NCBI GenBank assembly: GCA_017499595.2
Contig: CM038998.1
Span: 496,001-560,000 of the forward strand
Direction of reading: 5' to 3'
From: Psilocybe cubensis
Taxonomy: Eukaryota
Length of the DNA stretch: 64,000 nt
Part shown: piece by piece, positions 1-14,237 of the stretch
Numbering within the stretch: the first letter of the stretch is position 1
How the letters are laid out: each line of letters opens with the position of its first letter
Position numbers and translations under genes: made by a program
Notes under the pieces: model-generated
What the model saw: only the letters and a program-made list of their open reading frames with translations
Databases searched by the model: none
Told to the model about the DNA's origin: nothing

Positions 1-2665
1 CAAAATGTCACCCTGGATATCCGCTGGACTGTACTTTGTGATCTCTTCTTGATCCTGATAGCCGACAGTGTATATGATGCACGCTCAAGGGTGCTTTTAG
101 AGCAGGTCGCGTATAAGCTGGGTCTGGGGTGGCTTGATGTTGTGAAGTTTGAAAGTCGGGTAACCCAGGCGCTCGAGATTCAGGAAGACGTGGAAACGTT
201 AGAGCAGCAAAGTTCAGTAGAGGGTGCTAGGAAGGCCGGGACAAAGCGACGTTACATGATGTTGGGATTGGCTACCATTGGTACTTACCCCTTAAAATGC
301 CTCTGATTCTGTCTGACATTTTTGTTTAGGTGGAGGACTCGTTATTGGACTTTCTGCTGGACTTCTGGCTCCTGTCATTGGTCTCGGTCTGGCCGGAGCT
401 CTCACCACCGTTGGCGTTACTGGGACTGGAGCTTTCCTGGGTGGTGCAGCAGGCGCCGCCGTTATCACAACAGGCGGCGTGCTGACTGGCTCAGGTATTG
501 CTGTGCGCGGTATGGTCAAACGAACTCAGCAAGTCCGAACATTTGACATTCTTCCACTTCACAACAACAAACGCGTAAATTGTATTCTCACAGTCCCTGG
601 GTGGGTTTGATTTGTCACAGATGCTGAAGTGAATGATTTAATTTGTTACAGCTTTATGAATGGAATGAACGATGATGTACGTTTACCGTTCAGCGTGCTT
701 GACCCCATCGTCGGTGACGTTTTTAGCGTACTTTGGGAACCGGAGATGATCAGGGAGACTGGTAGTGCGTTGAAGATCTTGACAGGAGAGGTGTTGTCGC
801 AGATTGGAATGACGGTATTGCAGGCTACAGTCATGACTGGGTTAATGTCTGCCTTACAGTGGCCAATTAGTGCGTGGTCTTGTTATTTTTCATCTATTCT
901 TTTGACGCTGACGGGCTTCTGCGATTCAGTTCTGACAAAACTCGGCTATCTCATTGATAATCCGTGGAGTAACGCCCTCGACAGAGCCAAATCGGCGGGT
1001 AAAGTTTTGGCGGATGTTCTTATCAACCGCCATCTCGGCGTCCGTCCCATCACGTTGATAGGCTTCTCTCTTGGTGCCCGAGTGATATTTTACGCCCTTC
1101 TAGAGCTCGCAAAGCAGAAGCAGTTTGGAATTGTCCAGGATGTGTTTTTGCTAGGAGCAACTCTCACTGTGTCGCAGAAGACGTGGTGCGAGACTCGTTC
1201 AGTGGTCTCGGGACGATATGTCAACGCGTTTGCCCGGAACGATTGGGTACTCAATTATCTTTTCAGAGCGTCGAGTGGTACAGTGGGTACAGTCGCTGGG
1301 CTGAGGCCTATTGAGGGTGTACCTGGGTTGGAGAACGTTGATGTGACAGACAAAATTGCGGGGCATATGAGCTATCGGACATTCATGCCTCTTATTCTAG
1401 ACCAGCTAGGGTTCCCTGTGTTTTCTGATTACTTTGACGAACCAGAGGTTAGTCTTAATTCATTCTTTTGTTTAGAACCTCTGTCATTGACTTCGTTCCA
1501 GGAACCCGATTTCGATGAAGATAGGATAGTAGTTAGGGAAGAGGATAATCAGAAGAAGTCTGGCTGGTTTTCGCGGAAGAGCACCAACACTACACCTCAG
1601 AAATACGTCCAGCGTCCACCATCCTCTTCTACATTCGGTAACCTGAAGCACCGCACTCAAACAAACGGGTCTGCTGGAAAGGATGCGTCTGCTGAAGACG
1701 ACGACCTCCCACCTCGGATGGACTCTTCTTCTCACATTTCAAGGAAATCTCATGATGATGATTCGACATTAGCGGGTTCTGGGAAGAATACACCGACTTC
1801 TTCACGGCCCACAACACCAACATCATCTCAAGGTCCCTCTGCATCTTCATCCCACTTACCCCTTCATGCCGGTTTCGACTTAAGCGCTATCAAGAGTGTG
1901 CTTAGTGAAGTCGAACAGGACCCTAGTAAAGGTGCTTTACCGCAAACTTCAAATGTGACATTGGCCAAAAATCATTTGACGAGACTTGATCCACCTCCTG
2001 TTGCACCGCCATCGACACGATCACAATCTACGCCGCCTCTCCAGATGCCCGAGACCATTCCTCACCCTCGGTCATCGTCACTTGATTATGAGCTTAGCAG
2101 CTCTCCAGCAGAGGAGCGGAATACTTTTGGCCGTCACGCGACCGAGGATCCGTCGTCGTATTCGAAATCGTATTCTTTATCAACTGCCCCAACTGCCTCC
2201 ACATCAAGACTGGATACGACAAGCACATTATCTTCTTCAACAATATCCTACGGCCCCTCGGTTATGTACAATTCCAAGACACCTACAGCGACATCGGCAC
2301 ATAGCAATCCCTTCAGTCTAAACGATGATGAAGATGGATCTCTGGCCACACCACGATACCCCCTTGCTTCTCTCCCAGACGACATCACACCATCTTGGGG
2401 TGCCCCCATATCGGCATCTCCATTCACCAACACTACCTCATTATCGTATTCCTCTGCTGCTAGCAATATCCCGTATAACCCCTTTTCCGCATCCGCTGTA
2501 GCGGGTATGAACATGCAAACAAGTACCCCAGCCTTCTCGTTTGGAGCATCGGACGGTTCGATTTCAGGCTCGTCAGCATCTCAGGACGATGCCTGGAGTA
2601 TACCACCATTGAGCACGAAGAAGAAGACAACACTGGATGGGTTGAATTCTAACCCGTGGTCATGA
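1..2665 (+). CDS. DUF726 / TMCO4 (yeast Mil1-like) alpha/beta-hydrolase-fold membrane protein, 5' end outside window, multi-exon
   Basis: Spliced exons give Gly-rich hydrophobic GLATIG-GGLVIGLSAGLLAP, LIDNPWSNALDRA, lipase-like RPITLIGFSLGARVIF and DWVLNYLFRA; long Ser/Pro-rich C-tail ending at TGA 2665. Confidence 0.85.
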
Positions 2666-3207
2666 TGCTTAGTATTGTGTTCCGTTCCACGTTATTATCT
2701 GTACATGGGCTTCGCATGCTCAAAGGTGCCTAACTATCCAGGAAGCACGTACATACGGGGAGGAGCAATTACTACTTTAACCGCTTTTCACTTCTCATTG
2801 CTATCTCTAGTTTTGGTTATTTTTCCCTACACACCTGTCTTTTACGTATCGCAATTTTCATTCATAGCTCATCAAGGATATAAAAATGCATTTTAAACTC
2901 GAATCGAGCATTAGAGAATAGAAATCTCTATTAATGATGGCTTAATAGTACAGATACAAAGGTTGGTAAGTGACGTCTACTGTATCCGATGGAACAGGAT
3001 GACATAGGGATAGATATGTAGAAAAGGCTATCCAATAATCATCCTTTTATACAAAATGTGGAGACTATCGACATGGCGAGTGTGGCGTAAAACTTGGTTG
3101 ACGAGAACCCAAAGGATGGATTCCATAAGATTCCAAATGTAAATTGTACAAGGAGAAATCAATAGAGAGTACGCTTCACAAAATGATACAAGGATTGTAG
3201 TTTAAGA

Positions 3208-6200
3208 TTACAGTGGTCGTTGCCTCTTGACTCTAACCCTGGAGTCACCGCCCCTCCCGTGTCCTTCATTATCATCGTCATCATCATCAACTTCGAGAGG
3301 ACGCTTACTTGTACTAGCTGAGAGTCCGTCCATGTGGTTCAGTCGAGAGCTGGTAGCAACCTTACTGAAGGCGTTTTCGTTAGATTTTTTGGAGTCGTTC
3401 TCATCTTTCCACCACGTCATTTCGAAATAGTCGGCCGGATAAAGACTAATCTTTGCACGTTTCGGTAAGGTTGGTGGGAGTGGGGGCTTGGAATCATTGG
3501 TCAGTGACTCTAATGCAGTAGGGGTTATGCCCAGTGGGGCCATTGATTCAGCTGTGCTTCGTAGAAAATTGGAAAACCACTTCTCATCCGGGCTATCCCA
3601 ATTAACAACGGGATCGGCAGGGGGAGTATGGTCATCTGAATCTAGGTCTCCATTCTGTTCTTTGGGGTAACGAGGCAAAAAATGGGTACCGAGAGTGCGA
3701 AAAATGCGGTTAAGAGCGGAGACCTTGAACTTGCCCATGGATTGGCTGACACGTCCAAGGGAGCAAAAAATAATAGCGGCCACCTTGCGGTCTCCCCCAA
3801 CAACCACGCCGCGATCTATAACCGAATCATTGAAGAGCTCATCCATCTTCTTGTACAGAGCATGTGGGCCATCTTCATGACGAGTGTACCGCAGTACTTG
3901 GTAGACAAGAACCCAAAAGATAGACTCCATATCATCTCCGAGGGAGTGCATAACAGGCTCAGATGGATGCGCCTGAAGAAGCCTTGCCGAAATAAATGCC
4001 CAGGTACCCTAGTGAATTAAAACATTAATGCTATAATTAAAACAATGAAACGAGGGTGAAAACTAACTGTTCGTCCAGTGCACATTTGTTTATGCTTGTG
4101 ACGCTCGTCAAGGAGCAAACACATATCCCAGTCAATCAGGATTCCTCTCCATTCTTTAGTGTTCGGATTTTGCACAATCATAATATTACCCGCGCTAAGG
4201 TCTCTGTGTAAAACCCCGGCCTTGAATGCTGCTTGAGCGGCTGGAGGATAACGGTAAGGACAAATTTACAAGGTCAACCGGAAATGAACATACCATCAAC
4301 AACATCCGCAAGACATGAAAGAAGAACTTTGCACCACGTGAACGTGGACAGATCTCGAGCAACGGTGTTGAGCACAAGGCGATGGCAGACCATAAGTCCA
4401 AAATGTTTGAATCTTCCGCTGTGGTTGAGACGGCCCCACCACTCCTGCGTCTCAGTCTTCAAATCATCAACGTCATCGCCAAGGCGCATGGACGCAATAT
4501 TCGGAACCCCATGCTCATAAAGTCTGCGATATATATCAGCTTCAGGCGCTGTGCGCGCTGAACCCTCTTGCCACGAATCCTTCATGAAGCACATCTTTCT
4601 CTCCGACGGCTTGGGATGATCTAAAAAGGCCAATGATCGCCTAGAGCCGCGCGTAAAAGGGTTGAGGATATTAGGCCTGTATGTAGGTGCTGGCACAAAA
4701 AATGCATCGGTTTGACGTATAGCGGAATCATGGAGAGTAACGCGATAGAAATTTGACTCTTTCGCGGGTCTCCGAGGCCTGCCATCAAAATTGTTCCTGT
4801 GATGACTGAATTTTGCTCCTTTATGCCAGGACTGTTCGTAATATTTATCAAAGGCACTCGCCACATCATCAGGAAGCGTTTTGTTAGGAACGCGAACAGC
4901 GTTGGTATCGAATCCTCTTTGGCGGAGTGACAATTGACCGAAGCGAAGATAAAACCCAAAGATCAAACTAGGTCGTTTGACATAGTTGAATCGGGTGCTA
5001 ACAACGGCGCCTCGACGGTCCCATCGTATGAACCGCGCGAATTCTCCCAGAATCAACAAGGAGAAGAAATGGGACCTGAATGCCATAGACATTGCTACAC
5101 CGGCGTAAGCAGCAATTTGACCACGTGTATGGATTGCACGCTGTGTGTCTTTCTCAACCTCAGAGACCAAAGCGCGAGAGCCCGCAGATTGTTTGGAAGC
5201 GTCGGCGGCTTTGACCACGGGAGGTTGCTTGACATTCTCTTTCAAGGCGTCCTGAGAATCATTTGACGGAGCGTATTCGGAACCCTCTTCAGAGCTTTTA
5301 GAATCGCTTTCAATTTCATTGACGACATCAAGAGAGCTAGCAGGCTTCTCTGCATCCTCGACTCCCTTTCCAGTGCTATCACGATCTTTGTCGAGGCCTT
5401 CAGCATCTCTTTCATTTTCATTGACAACATGGAGAGAACTAGCGGGCTCGTCTGCGTCCTCGGCCGCATTTTCGGTGCTATCAGCAACGTCAGCAGAGGC
5501 AGAGTTGGAAGGATCCGGTTCACTGGTAGCGTTCTCGATGGGGTCCTTGGTGTTCGGCTTTTCGTCGTTAACATGGGCAAATGGGTCGTACGAGTGATCA
5601 ACTTTGAATTCCTCGTGTGTTTGTTGACGAGAAAATGCGCATGAACCATCAGAAGGTATAGATGGAAAATCGGACTGCCAGTACGTAGACACGTCCACAT
5701 TCAATGACGCGCAATCGGCATCGGGATTTTTGAAGTGCGCAAATCGCAATTTCTGACTGTTGTCAATTCCAGTGACCCAGTCATCCAAAGCGTCGATCTT
5801 GCAACATAGTTTTAGCATAGCCTTTGGTGTCAAACAAGAATCTTACATAGTGCTTATACATAGAAAGTTCTGGCTGTCTTGCCCCCTTTATTGGCGGTAC
5901 AGATTTGAGTTTGCTTTCTCTAGTTTCGCTTATGGGTTTTTGTTGATAATGTGTTGGTGTGTTTGCGTTCCAGGGAAGAAAGTTGTCAAGGAATTCGAGT
6001 GGGTCCATCCCAACGAGATAGTGACCCCTGGTCTCATTTGAGATTTGAGCATATGCTTCGTTTGCCAGTGGCAGACTCATGGCGTGAATTTGAGTAGTAG
6101 GTTTAACAGCGACAGGTGTTTCTTGAACAGGAGGTGGGTTTTGGTTGACAGGGGTGACTGGAACTGTTGTATCAGGACGAGCAGGTAGGTCTACGACCTG

Positions 6201-6212
6201 AGAGTCTGCCAT
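3208..6212 (-). CDS. Fungal-specific protein kinase (FunK1 / Pkinase_fungal)
   Basis: RGQIAAYA...FARFIRWDRRGAVVS, FMKDSW, GVLHRDLSAGNIMI (~4180-4220), GILIDWD, GTWAFIS, HSLGDDMESIFWVLVY; ATG at 6212 (MADSQVV); short GT-AG introns. Confidence 0.9.
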
Positions 6213-7375
6213 GGGGGGCAAGTGGGATACATGGTGGCAGTCGAAAGAGTCTCTAATTATACTCCGGCCATTCTGAAAGTCAACATCGTTCGTAACCAAT
6301 TAAGAAATTCGCACGGTCACGGGACCATCATTGTCGCCCTCATTTGGACAAAAAACTTGGCACCCCTGCCCAAACTGGCTGATCATTGTCTTTTCGGCGA
6401 CCTATGCATTGTCTTCTCGGTAATTTGACTGTAGCGACACACATGGGACCAGTTATAGATTCACCATCTTTTACTGATGGGTTGAACTGATGGGCCAGCA
6501 TTGGCATCTTGGCCAGCTCAGTGCGTAAGTACATTGACCATTGTCTTCAAACCCCATGATGGTTGATCACCTTCTTGAATCACATGGAAATACTTCGATA
6601 AATATACACATCGAGTTCTGTTTTTTTAGTTCATTATTACTAAAGTACACGTTCAGTTCGCGTTCGGGACGCGTTCGATATTGTCTCCACGTGACCGCGA
6701 CCGTAAAGGCGCGGTTCCCCGAAATTGTAGTAGATAAGAGGTTTGGCATTCCGTGGTACGAGATGATAGGCAATAGGAGTGCTAAATTGTACAGATGCAT
6801 CTTGGTGAAAGGATATTTTTGAGGGCTGAACTTTTTCACTCGATCAGAAGGCCCACCACCGTACCCCAAAACTTGAGACAATTGCCGAAAAAAGTTTTTG
6901 ATTGAAGCAGCCTCTGGTTTTCCGAACTCGCAAAGCAGGTCACGTAGTACATGAAAGAGCGTTTACTGAAGCAAATTTGAGTACAGCATACAGGCGATAA
7001 ACGAGCATAAACGATGTTGTAACAAGGGTATGCCTCACTAATAGTTTAATATTATTTGATCGGGTTGAAAGGGAAGCACTACGCAGCACAGAGTATGCAA
7101 TGTTTATCGACAGTAAGGGAACATCGATTAAGAGTTAAACATTAATACCTTCAAGATTTAAATCAGAGATATTCCGAAGGGTTGAGAATTGGAACGTCCA
7201 GCCAACCTTCACATCGGCTTCGAATCTCTAGAACCACGTACTCATCATCCCGAAATGGCTATTTGAAGAAATCCCCAAAAATTGTCAACACATGCCCGCA
7301 TTGCCTTCGTAAAGCACCCTTAGATGTATGAGCGTCAAATGCCATAAATACCATGGTGCAAAACCTCTCCGTTGT

Positions 7376-9386
7376 TCATGGCTCTCCTTCCAGTATAACC
7401 TTTATCCACTCTCCCAAACTACGTCCGTTCCAAACATGTTTCACTCGTTTCTCTCCGCTGGTTGTCTCTGTTCTAGATGATTGTTCTTCAAGAAGTAAAT
7501 TCCATCCCAGCGAATATCCAGGTGGTAGCAAAAGAACCGCCCCTGGCGTAGTGAACCAAGGGTGACGCATGGCGTCTTCCGCCTGAATACGTGACGCTGA
7601 TGGATATACGAGGAAGCGAGAAATGAGATCTATAAGAGCAGGGACGGGTTCGGGCTGGTCTGAAATCGACTCTTTATTTTCTCGTGGTAAAGATGGGACA
7701 GAAACGGAAGGAGAAATGGGATCAAGTGGACTTGAAGATGCGGAGGTCGATGAAGGAGGGAGAGGCGAGGTCAAGAATTGCCTTGGAGAAAGTGGGTCGC
7801 GCACTGATGTTGGTGATAATCCAGAAGTGGCATTTTTCTCCAAGGAATTTGCTGGTATAGAAGCGGAGGTCGAGCGAGATGAAGAAGGACATGTGTTAAT
7901 ATTAGGATTCGGATTGGAACTGTCAACCATTGGAGTGTTGGAAGAAGATGGCAGGTTCGGTAAAAGGGGAATGAGTGGGACAGCTGGCACGACGTTGAAT
8001 ACGACAGACGTCGAGCCTGGAAGTTCCTCAAAGTCCTACAAGACCAAAATAACAGGCCAAAAGGGGAGGCAGTCAGCATTAACTCATTTCACATGATTTT
8101 AAGCGCCCATAGGAACTGAATTCCACTGAAACGAAGTATTTAATCGAGATAGAACAGGAAAACTCACAGGCCAGTTCTCCTTCGTCGGTGTCCCGAAAAT
8201 CTTGAAAATGCTCCAAGCCAGACCGATTTCTCCTCTTTCGCCATTGAAAAGCGTATCTCGTTTCCACTGTGCGCTAGGATACCCTATTCTTAAATATTTT
8301 GGAACGATGAAAGGCGCGAGGGGGTCTGAATCGGGTTCAGTGTCATCGTCGTCGTCTCCGTCATCTTCGTCATCGGAGACCAGGCGAAGAGGTGTGAAGA
8401 ACTCTGCAAATGTGGCACCAATTGACCAGAGGTCTATTGCGCAATGGTCATAGTTCCTCGAACCAAAGAGCAGTTCGGGCGCGCGATATGCTCTGAAGAG
8501 GTTACTTACTTATAAGTCTATCAATTTATGGAGTTAAACATACCTCGTTGACACTTCAAAGTACAACTTTCCCTTGTATTCCGGCCACAGATCGTGATTC
8601 TTCTCCAAATCCTGTTCTGCCTCGCACCAGGACACACCAAAGTCGATGAGCTTGACGCACCCGTCCGTGGTGAGCATGATATTTTCTGGCTTAATGTCGC
8701 GGTGCCCTATCCTCCGTTGTGCAGAGTGAAGAAACGCTAGCGCGGAAAGGGTCTGTATCATGATGCTTCGCGCAATGGTGCAGAACTGTTCATCGTGTAC
8801 GGCCGCGTCTTCGTCTGTATCAACATCCTGGGTCTGAGGCGGTGGAAATCGATGCGGTGAGAAGTAGGGGGAAGTAAGGATGGAGGATAAGGATATAGGG
8901 AAGTAGGGCATGTAAATGCTAAGCATGTTCTGTTCTTCGTCTCGAAAGCTCCCAAGGACGAGGGTGATCTAAGGTAGATTAAGCATAATGAAACGTCGAC
9001 GATGGCCCACGAACATTTGGATGTATGATGGATGAGAGCAACCGGAGTTCTTTGACAATGTCGTGCGGCTCCCTCGCGAACTTCCTCAACGTCGTCGCGG
9101 ACTTGACAACAATCCACTGGGGCACGCCGTCCGTGATTGTTGTCCATGTTTTTGAGACCGTTGCAAACGGGCCTTCCTGGATCATGTCAAAATGGGATCC
9201 TGGCTAGACGGTAAACCATGTTATCAGATACTATTAACCCAAAAAATGGGGAGCCAGGAATCATCATGATCCGGATTCCGCTGGACGTCGACCGTCGACG
9301 CGCAGTAATGTCTGAGAGATGCTCACCGTGCCCAGTATTCGGAGTACATCTACCTGTGCTTTTGGTCTCCCAAGTGGGGCGCTCAT
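7376..9386 (-). CDS. CAK1: CMGC-group kinase, probable monomeric CDK-activating kinase (Cak1/Csk1-like)
   Basis: Degenerate Gly loop (EGPFATV), [17 protein letters not shown] (Cak1/Csk1-type PH..E helix), [45 protein letters not shown]. Start at 9386 ([11 protein letters not shown]) is tentative. Confidence 0.7.
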
Positions 9387-9635
9387 GTTGGATAGAGTTT
9401 AACCTGCAGGCGGGTTTGCGGCGGTCGAATGCATTTGGGGCCTGAGTCTTAACCTGATCGAAGGCAAGTGATCATTTCGATGGCCCGATGTCCATGACTT
9501 ATTTATGAACTCCGGTCGTTTTATGTAAGGTCGTGATCTACAGCTCACGACGGACGACGACGACCAGTACTCTACCCTATCAAACCTATCTTGAATACCA
9601 ACATAGCTGGTATCGAAATACCCAACTAAACACGA

Positions 9636-10663
9636 ATGGCGGACGAGAATAAAGGAGCATCCAACAGTGAGTCTTTAGTATCTTTCTATCCAGGATCGTT
9701 TGCGCTGATTAGATCGTGTTGTTTGTGAACAACGCAGATGAGCGTCTCCTCGCTGCTGCGCGCGATGACAATGAGGATCTTTTGCTTGAGATCTTTGAGC
9801 AAGGGGATTTTGATATCAACTGCCAGGATGGGTGCGTACTTTAAAGTTTTAATGAAATCCAGCCTCTTCTTGAGTTTATACTTATACAACCCCGTCTACA
9901 GACTAGGAAACACTCGTGCGTTCTACAAGATCCACTGTGCGGTCTTCTGTCCTAACTAACAAAAGTCATGCTCCATATCCTCAGCACTACATAATGCGTG
10001 AGCCGCCCTTCATCCCCCTGTCGCATGTTGCATGTACTCATTAAACATGTTCCTGGCTTCCGCCCCTCTTTCCCGTTCATACAACCATCCATATCGCTCA
10101 ACGAGGACAGCGTGATGCACGGTTCTACCGATGTGCTGGAACACATCCTTTCACATGAAGACTGCGATGTCGATCCCATTAACCGCCTCGACAAAGCGAC
10201 ACCTCTCCATCTCGCAGTGCAAATCCAACACACCGACCTGCGCCTGCACATCTTCGACAGTCTTCTCGAGGCAGGGGCGGATACTTCGTGCGTTAATTCT
10301 ATCTAGATCTCGGAATACCCTTGATTTGATGCTTGTGGCTTGCAGAATAAAAGACAAGAACGGGGAGACCGTCATTGACCTTCTCCCAGCCGACGATACC
10401 AAGCTTCGTGCACTCATCCGCAAACACCAGGCGCAGGCCACGATCTCGCGAGACGACGTTGCTAGCGGTGAGTATCCAAGCGTTCATCCAAACTCCTACC
10501 ATACTCTTCTTACTTTCAATCTCGATATCATTCCCATGAACCCCTTTGCTTGATTAATTTTCATTGACTGATGATGAACTATCGATTCTGATCGTCATTT
10601 ATTTTATCTTCTACAGATGGCGAAGATGAAGGCGGGTCGGGATCGGGCTCTGATGAAGATTGA
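9636..10663 (+). CDS. Small ankyrin-repeat protein
   Basis: MADENKGASNNERLLAAARDDNEDLL, micro-exons giving GLGNTPLHNA, DVDPINRLDKATPLHLAV, LLEAGADT, KDKNGETVIDL; acidic tail to TGA 10663. Confidence 0.85.
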
Positions 10664-11675
10664 ATATTAGATTCTGGATAACTTCATTAATGAGTCGGGT
10701 CCGCTGGAAGCAGAGCAACGAGCGTCAGTTTAAACCACACATACATACTCGGTGGTTATCTAGATGGACATTTAATACAATACACACTCGGGTCTATCCT
10801 TCCATCCTAAATTAGCTTTCCATACATCGACAAATCGACTGATAGAGGCAAGTGAAGATTGGCACGGTCAGGATTCCCGAGGACAGGGTAAGAATAGATT
10901 CGATTCCGGGTACTGGATGTTAAAAAGGTTGTCGTAACGTATCATGATTGTTCATTAGAAAGGGCGAGTATGGTACAGATAAGAAATTGAAAAATGTTGA
11001 CAAACGAAAACAAGGTGGAAGGGAAGAAAACAAGTGAAATGTTCCAGAGGGTGAATAGCGATGTGCATGTGACGGAATGGATGGAGATGCGAATGCCGGA
11101 GCAAAACAGAAACAGAAACAGAAACATAATAAAAAGTTGAAAGATTTGAAAACAGACATACAAAAGCCAGCAGGGAAGGAAAGACGAGAAAATGATGAGA
11201 GGAGACGCAGGACGAAAAAAATAGGGGTAAAGAGTGATCCGAAAATTGCCAGAAATAATTACGGATAGATAACTTCGTTGTGCAGAGGAACCAAGATATC
11301 TAAATCGACGGTGTTGGTATTGGTGTCTCCGATGAGAAAACGGTGAAGACTAGCCAATCACACATTGATCACTAAAGATCAATGACGACAAGCCGCAGCG
11401 GGGAAAAGAAAGTGAATCATGGAGGATGGATAAAATGAGGGGAATCAGCACGTAGGTATACGTGGCAGAGTCGTTAATTTTTCCGATGCAGTTTATTCTG
11501 GAGGAAATTTGTTGTGCTGTGGTTGATCGTGGAATATGTCGGGATGATATGAGCTATTTTGAGTGTGAAAACAGGGGTCGGTCTGGAGAGGTGAAGCCTG
11601 AGGGTAGCAGAACGATGGCGATAGAATATGTTGCAATATCTGTGCAATAGATGCAGAGAGGGAGAATAGATAGCA

Positions 11676-12714
11676 TCAGGTTCGCCTTTTCTGTTGCTGC
11701 CCACGCTTGGCCTGTTGTTGTGGTAGCTGTTGTCTTTGCATCATCTTCATCCTCTCCATCTTTTGTTTCGATGGCGGTAGGCAGATGGAGGTACCCGGCA
11801 TTAGCGGATCGCACACAACCTTGGAGTTGACCTCCTTGAATTTTTCCAACGTCCACCCGCTCTCTTTTGCAAGCTCCCAACAGCTATCGCCCGGTTGCAC
11901 CCATCGGGACAACGTGCCCTCAGGGCATTTTTTCGAGGCTGGCGGTGGGGATGATAGGGAAGGCGATATGAGAAGTCGCCACATGAGTAGCAGAAGAACA
12001 GCGATGATGAGAAAGAAAGGAAAGAGTGTCCGGTATGCGCCCATTCGGGTGTTGGCACCTTTGCTACTTTGTGCGGTACGAGGTACGATAGTGCGGTTCT
12101 ATTAAGTCGCAACAGGCACGAGATATGAGGTATAAGATGGGATATAAAGCGATAATTAGTACTCCCATCCGTGTATAAAGAGGGATATAATTAGACAGTA
12201 AAGGAGAATATGGAATGCGTACGTGGTCATCGGACAGGAGCTGGTAGCCCCGGCTTCTCGTCCTGGGCGAAGCTTCCACATCATCTCCACGTCGGCCGCT
12301 GCTTTCATCTTCACCATCGTCTGTGTCAAAGATATCATCTATCCCTTCTAAGCTCGAAGAACCAGCTACTGTCACTGTTGATGGCACCGAATCAACTATA
12401 AAGACGCTAAATGAGTTCTCGAACTTGATTTAAACTGCAGAGTCCAATATCTCGCTGCATTGAGGAGGTAAGCTGCCACATACCTTTCGTCAACTCGCCA
12501 TACTCAGCGCCCACAGGTCCCTGCCATATGCTCCCTCCACTACGAAAGAGGTACCTTCCCGAATCAGCATCGTATCCAATACGCTTCACACCCTCCGGGA
12601 GCCTGTATTCATCCTATAGCATTAGATTCAATCAGGAAGGTAAGTTAGTTGACATTCATGGTCCACCAAGTATGGCACAGAACGCACCTCGTCATACTGT
12701 GTCCAACGTCCCAT
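11676..12714 (-). CDS. Membrane-anchored LysM (CBM50) protein
   Basis: MGRWTQYDE|DEYRLPEGVKRIGYDADSGRYLF N-terminus, one TM helix (LFPFFLIIAVLLLLMW), LysM VQPGDSCWELAK...FKEVN...CDPLMPGTSICLP. Confidence 0.85.
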
Positions 12715-14237
12715 CGTGGTGTCGCTGTTGTTGTCGTTATTGTTATCGTAAAGAGACTGGCACGATTCTTTCGCCCCGATATGATTCCTCCAGTCAGACC
12801 TTCAGATTTGTAGAAGTACACAATGTCAAGAAAAGAAGGAGCACAGTGGCACCTCCTGTCTGAGGTGGAGAGGAGGAAAACCAGGGAAAACTGCGGTGGG
12901 GCCGCTGGACTCCAGCTGGGCCGTGGCCGTGTTGTATAGATGAAATGGAATTTGATCGGGACTTGTCCTAAAAATGGTCTTGGACGTGATGCGGGCTTCG
13001 GCATTCCTTGTGCCTTGGGAATGTTGTTAACTGGTTTAGATCGCAGCCAAAACGAAAGTTTATTCTGGAATCCTTTTCTTGTAACCCTGTAAAACTGTTA
13101 AGCCAACAAAGTAAAGACGAATGACGCTCAGGTTCTGTTTCGACTTGAGCTATGTATGTATACTGACAATGCCAAGAGTTCGATGTGATAAATCATTGAG
13201 GTTAAAGACGTAATTCGTCGTTACTGAAACCAGGAATCAGAGTCGTATGTAAAGCAGCCACTCAGAATCTGGTAGGGTATATGATGGATATATTAAATTA
13301 TAAGGCACCATACAGTCATGAAAGAATAGCAATGGTAAATGAAGAATCCATCCAAGTCGTTTGGGAACCCCATTGGATGGGACTTGCCGAGAAATGTAGG
13401 TCACAAAAGAAACCCCGATTACAAATTAAATCGGAGCTTTAATAACTTGACAAAAAATACTTAAGACTCAAGAGTAAGTCATGCAATCGCGTGGTTTGCA
13501 CGCAGTGAACGTGAATTTGGTATACTTCAGACCAGTTTACACTACCCTTGAGCGAAATATTTTGATCTATTAATCTTCAGGATCCTCAATCACCGGAGTT
13601 CAATAACTGCCTATCTGTAACCTCGCCTCTCTCTGCTTAAAGCGTTGGGCTGGCGAGAAGTACAGTTACCAAGAACCTCCCAAAATCCACGCATCTAGAA
13701 TATGTATCCAATTTTTTCTGGAGGATTAAATTGTACTTAAAAGCATTATTTTTCCACAAATACATAGACCGGCGAGATTACTCATGACATCATGATCATG
13801 TTTCTGAATTAGATTTTGTAGATTTCACAATCGTTGCTTCACCAGCGTAAGTCTAACTTGGTGACTAATTTTGATTTAAATCTTCAAGGTACAAGATACC
13901 TCGAAAGTTATAGTAGAAACATCCAAGGTAAACGCCACACACCCTCCGCCTGCCGGATGAAGCAAGGTGAAAATCCACGTGTCTCTTCGATCCTCGTGTA
14001 GTGGTGGACTGACGATGACTGGTAGTACCTACAGTCCACTCCACAGCCGGAATCCAGAAATACCATCAGGTTCTCAGAAGGACGATAAGGTAGGACAACA
14101 CATGGGAAACGCTTCTTCATCATGGAATGGGCCACCTTGCGAGATGCGTGAAGAGCGCATTCCTATGCAGTAACCTGCCAGCAGCAATATAAGGGGCGGT
14201 TTTCCTGAAAGGTTGGTTCAGACTTTCGTTCTGCAGA

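Noticed and set aside
6694-6715. Small GC hairpin accgcg-a-cc-gtaaa-gg-cgcggt
   Set aside because: Too short to distinguish from chance; no tRNA or ncRNA context.
10920-11268. Short ORFs over an (AAACAG)n-rich tract
   Set aside because: Low-complexity UTR/intergenic sequence with no splice or homology support.
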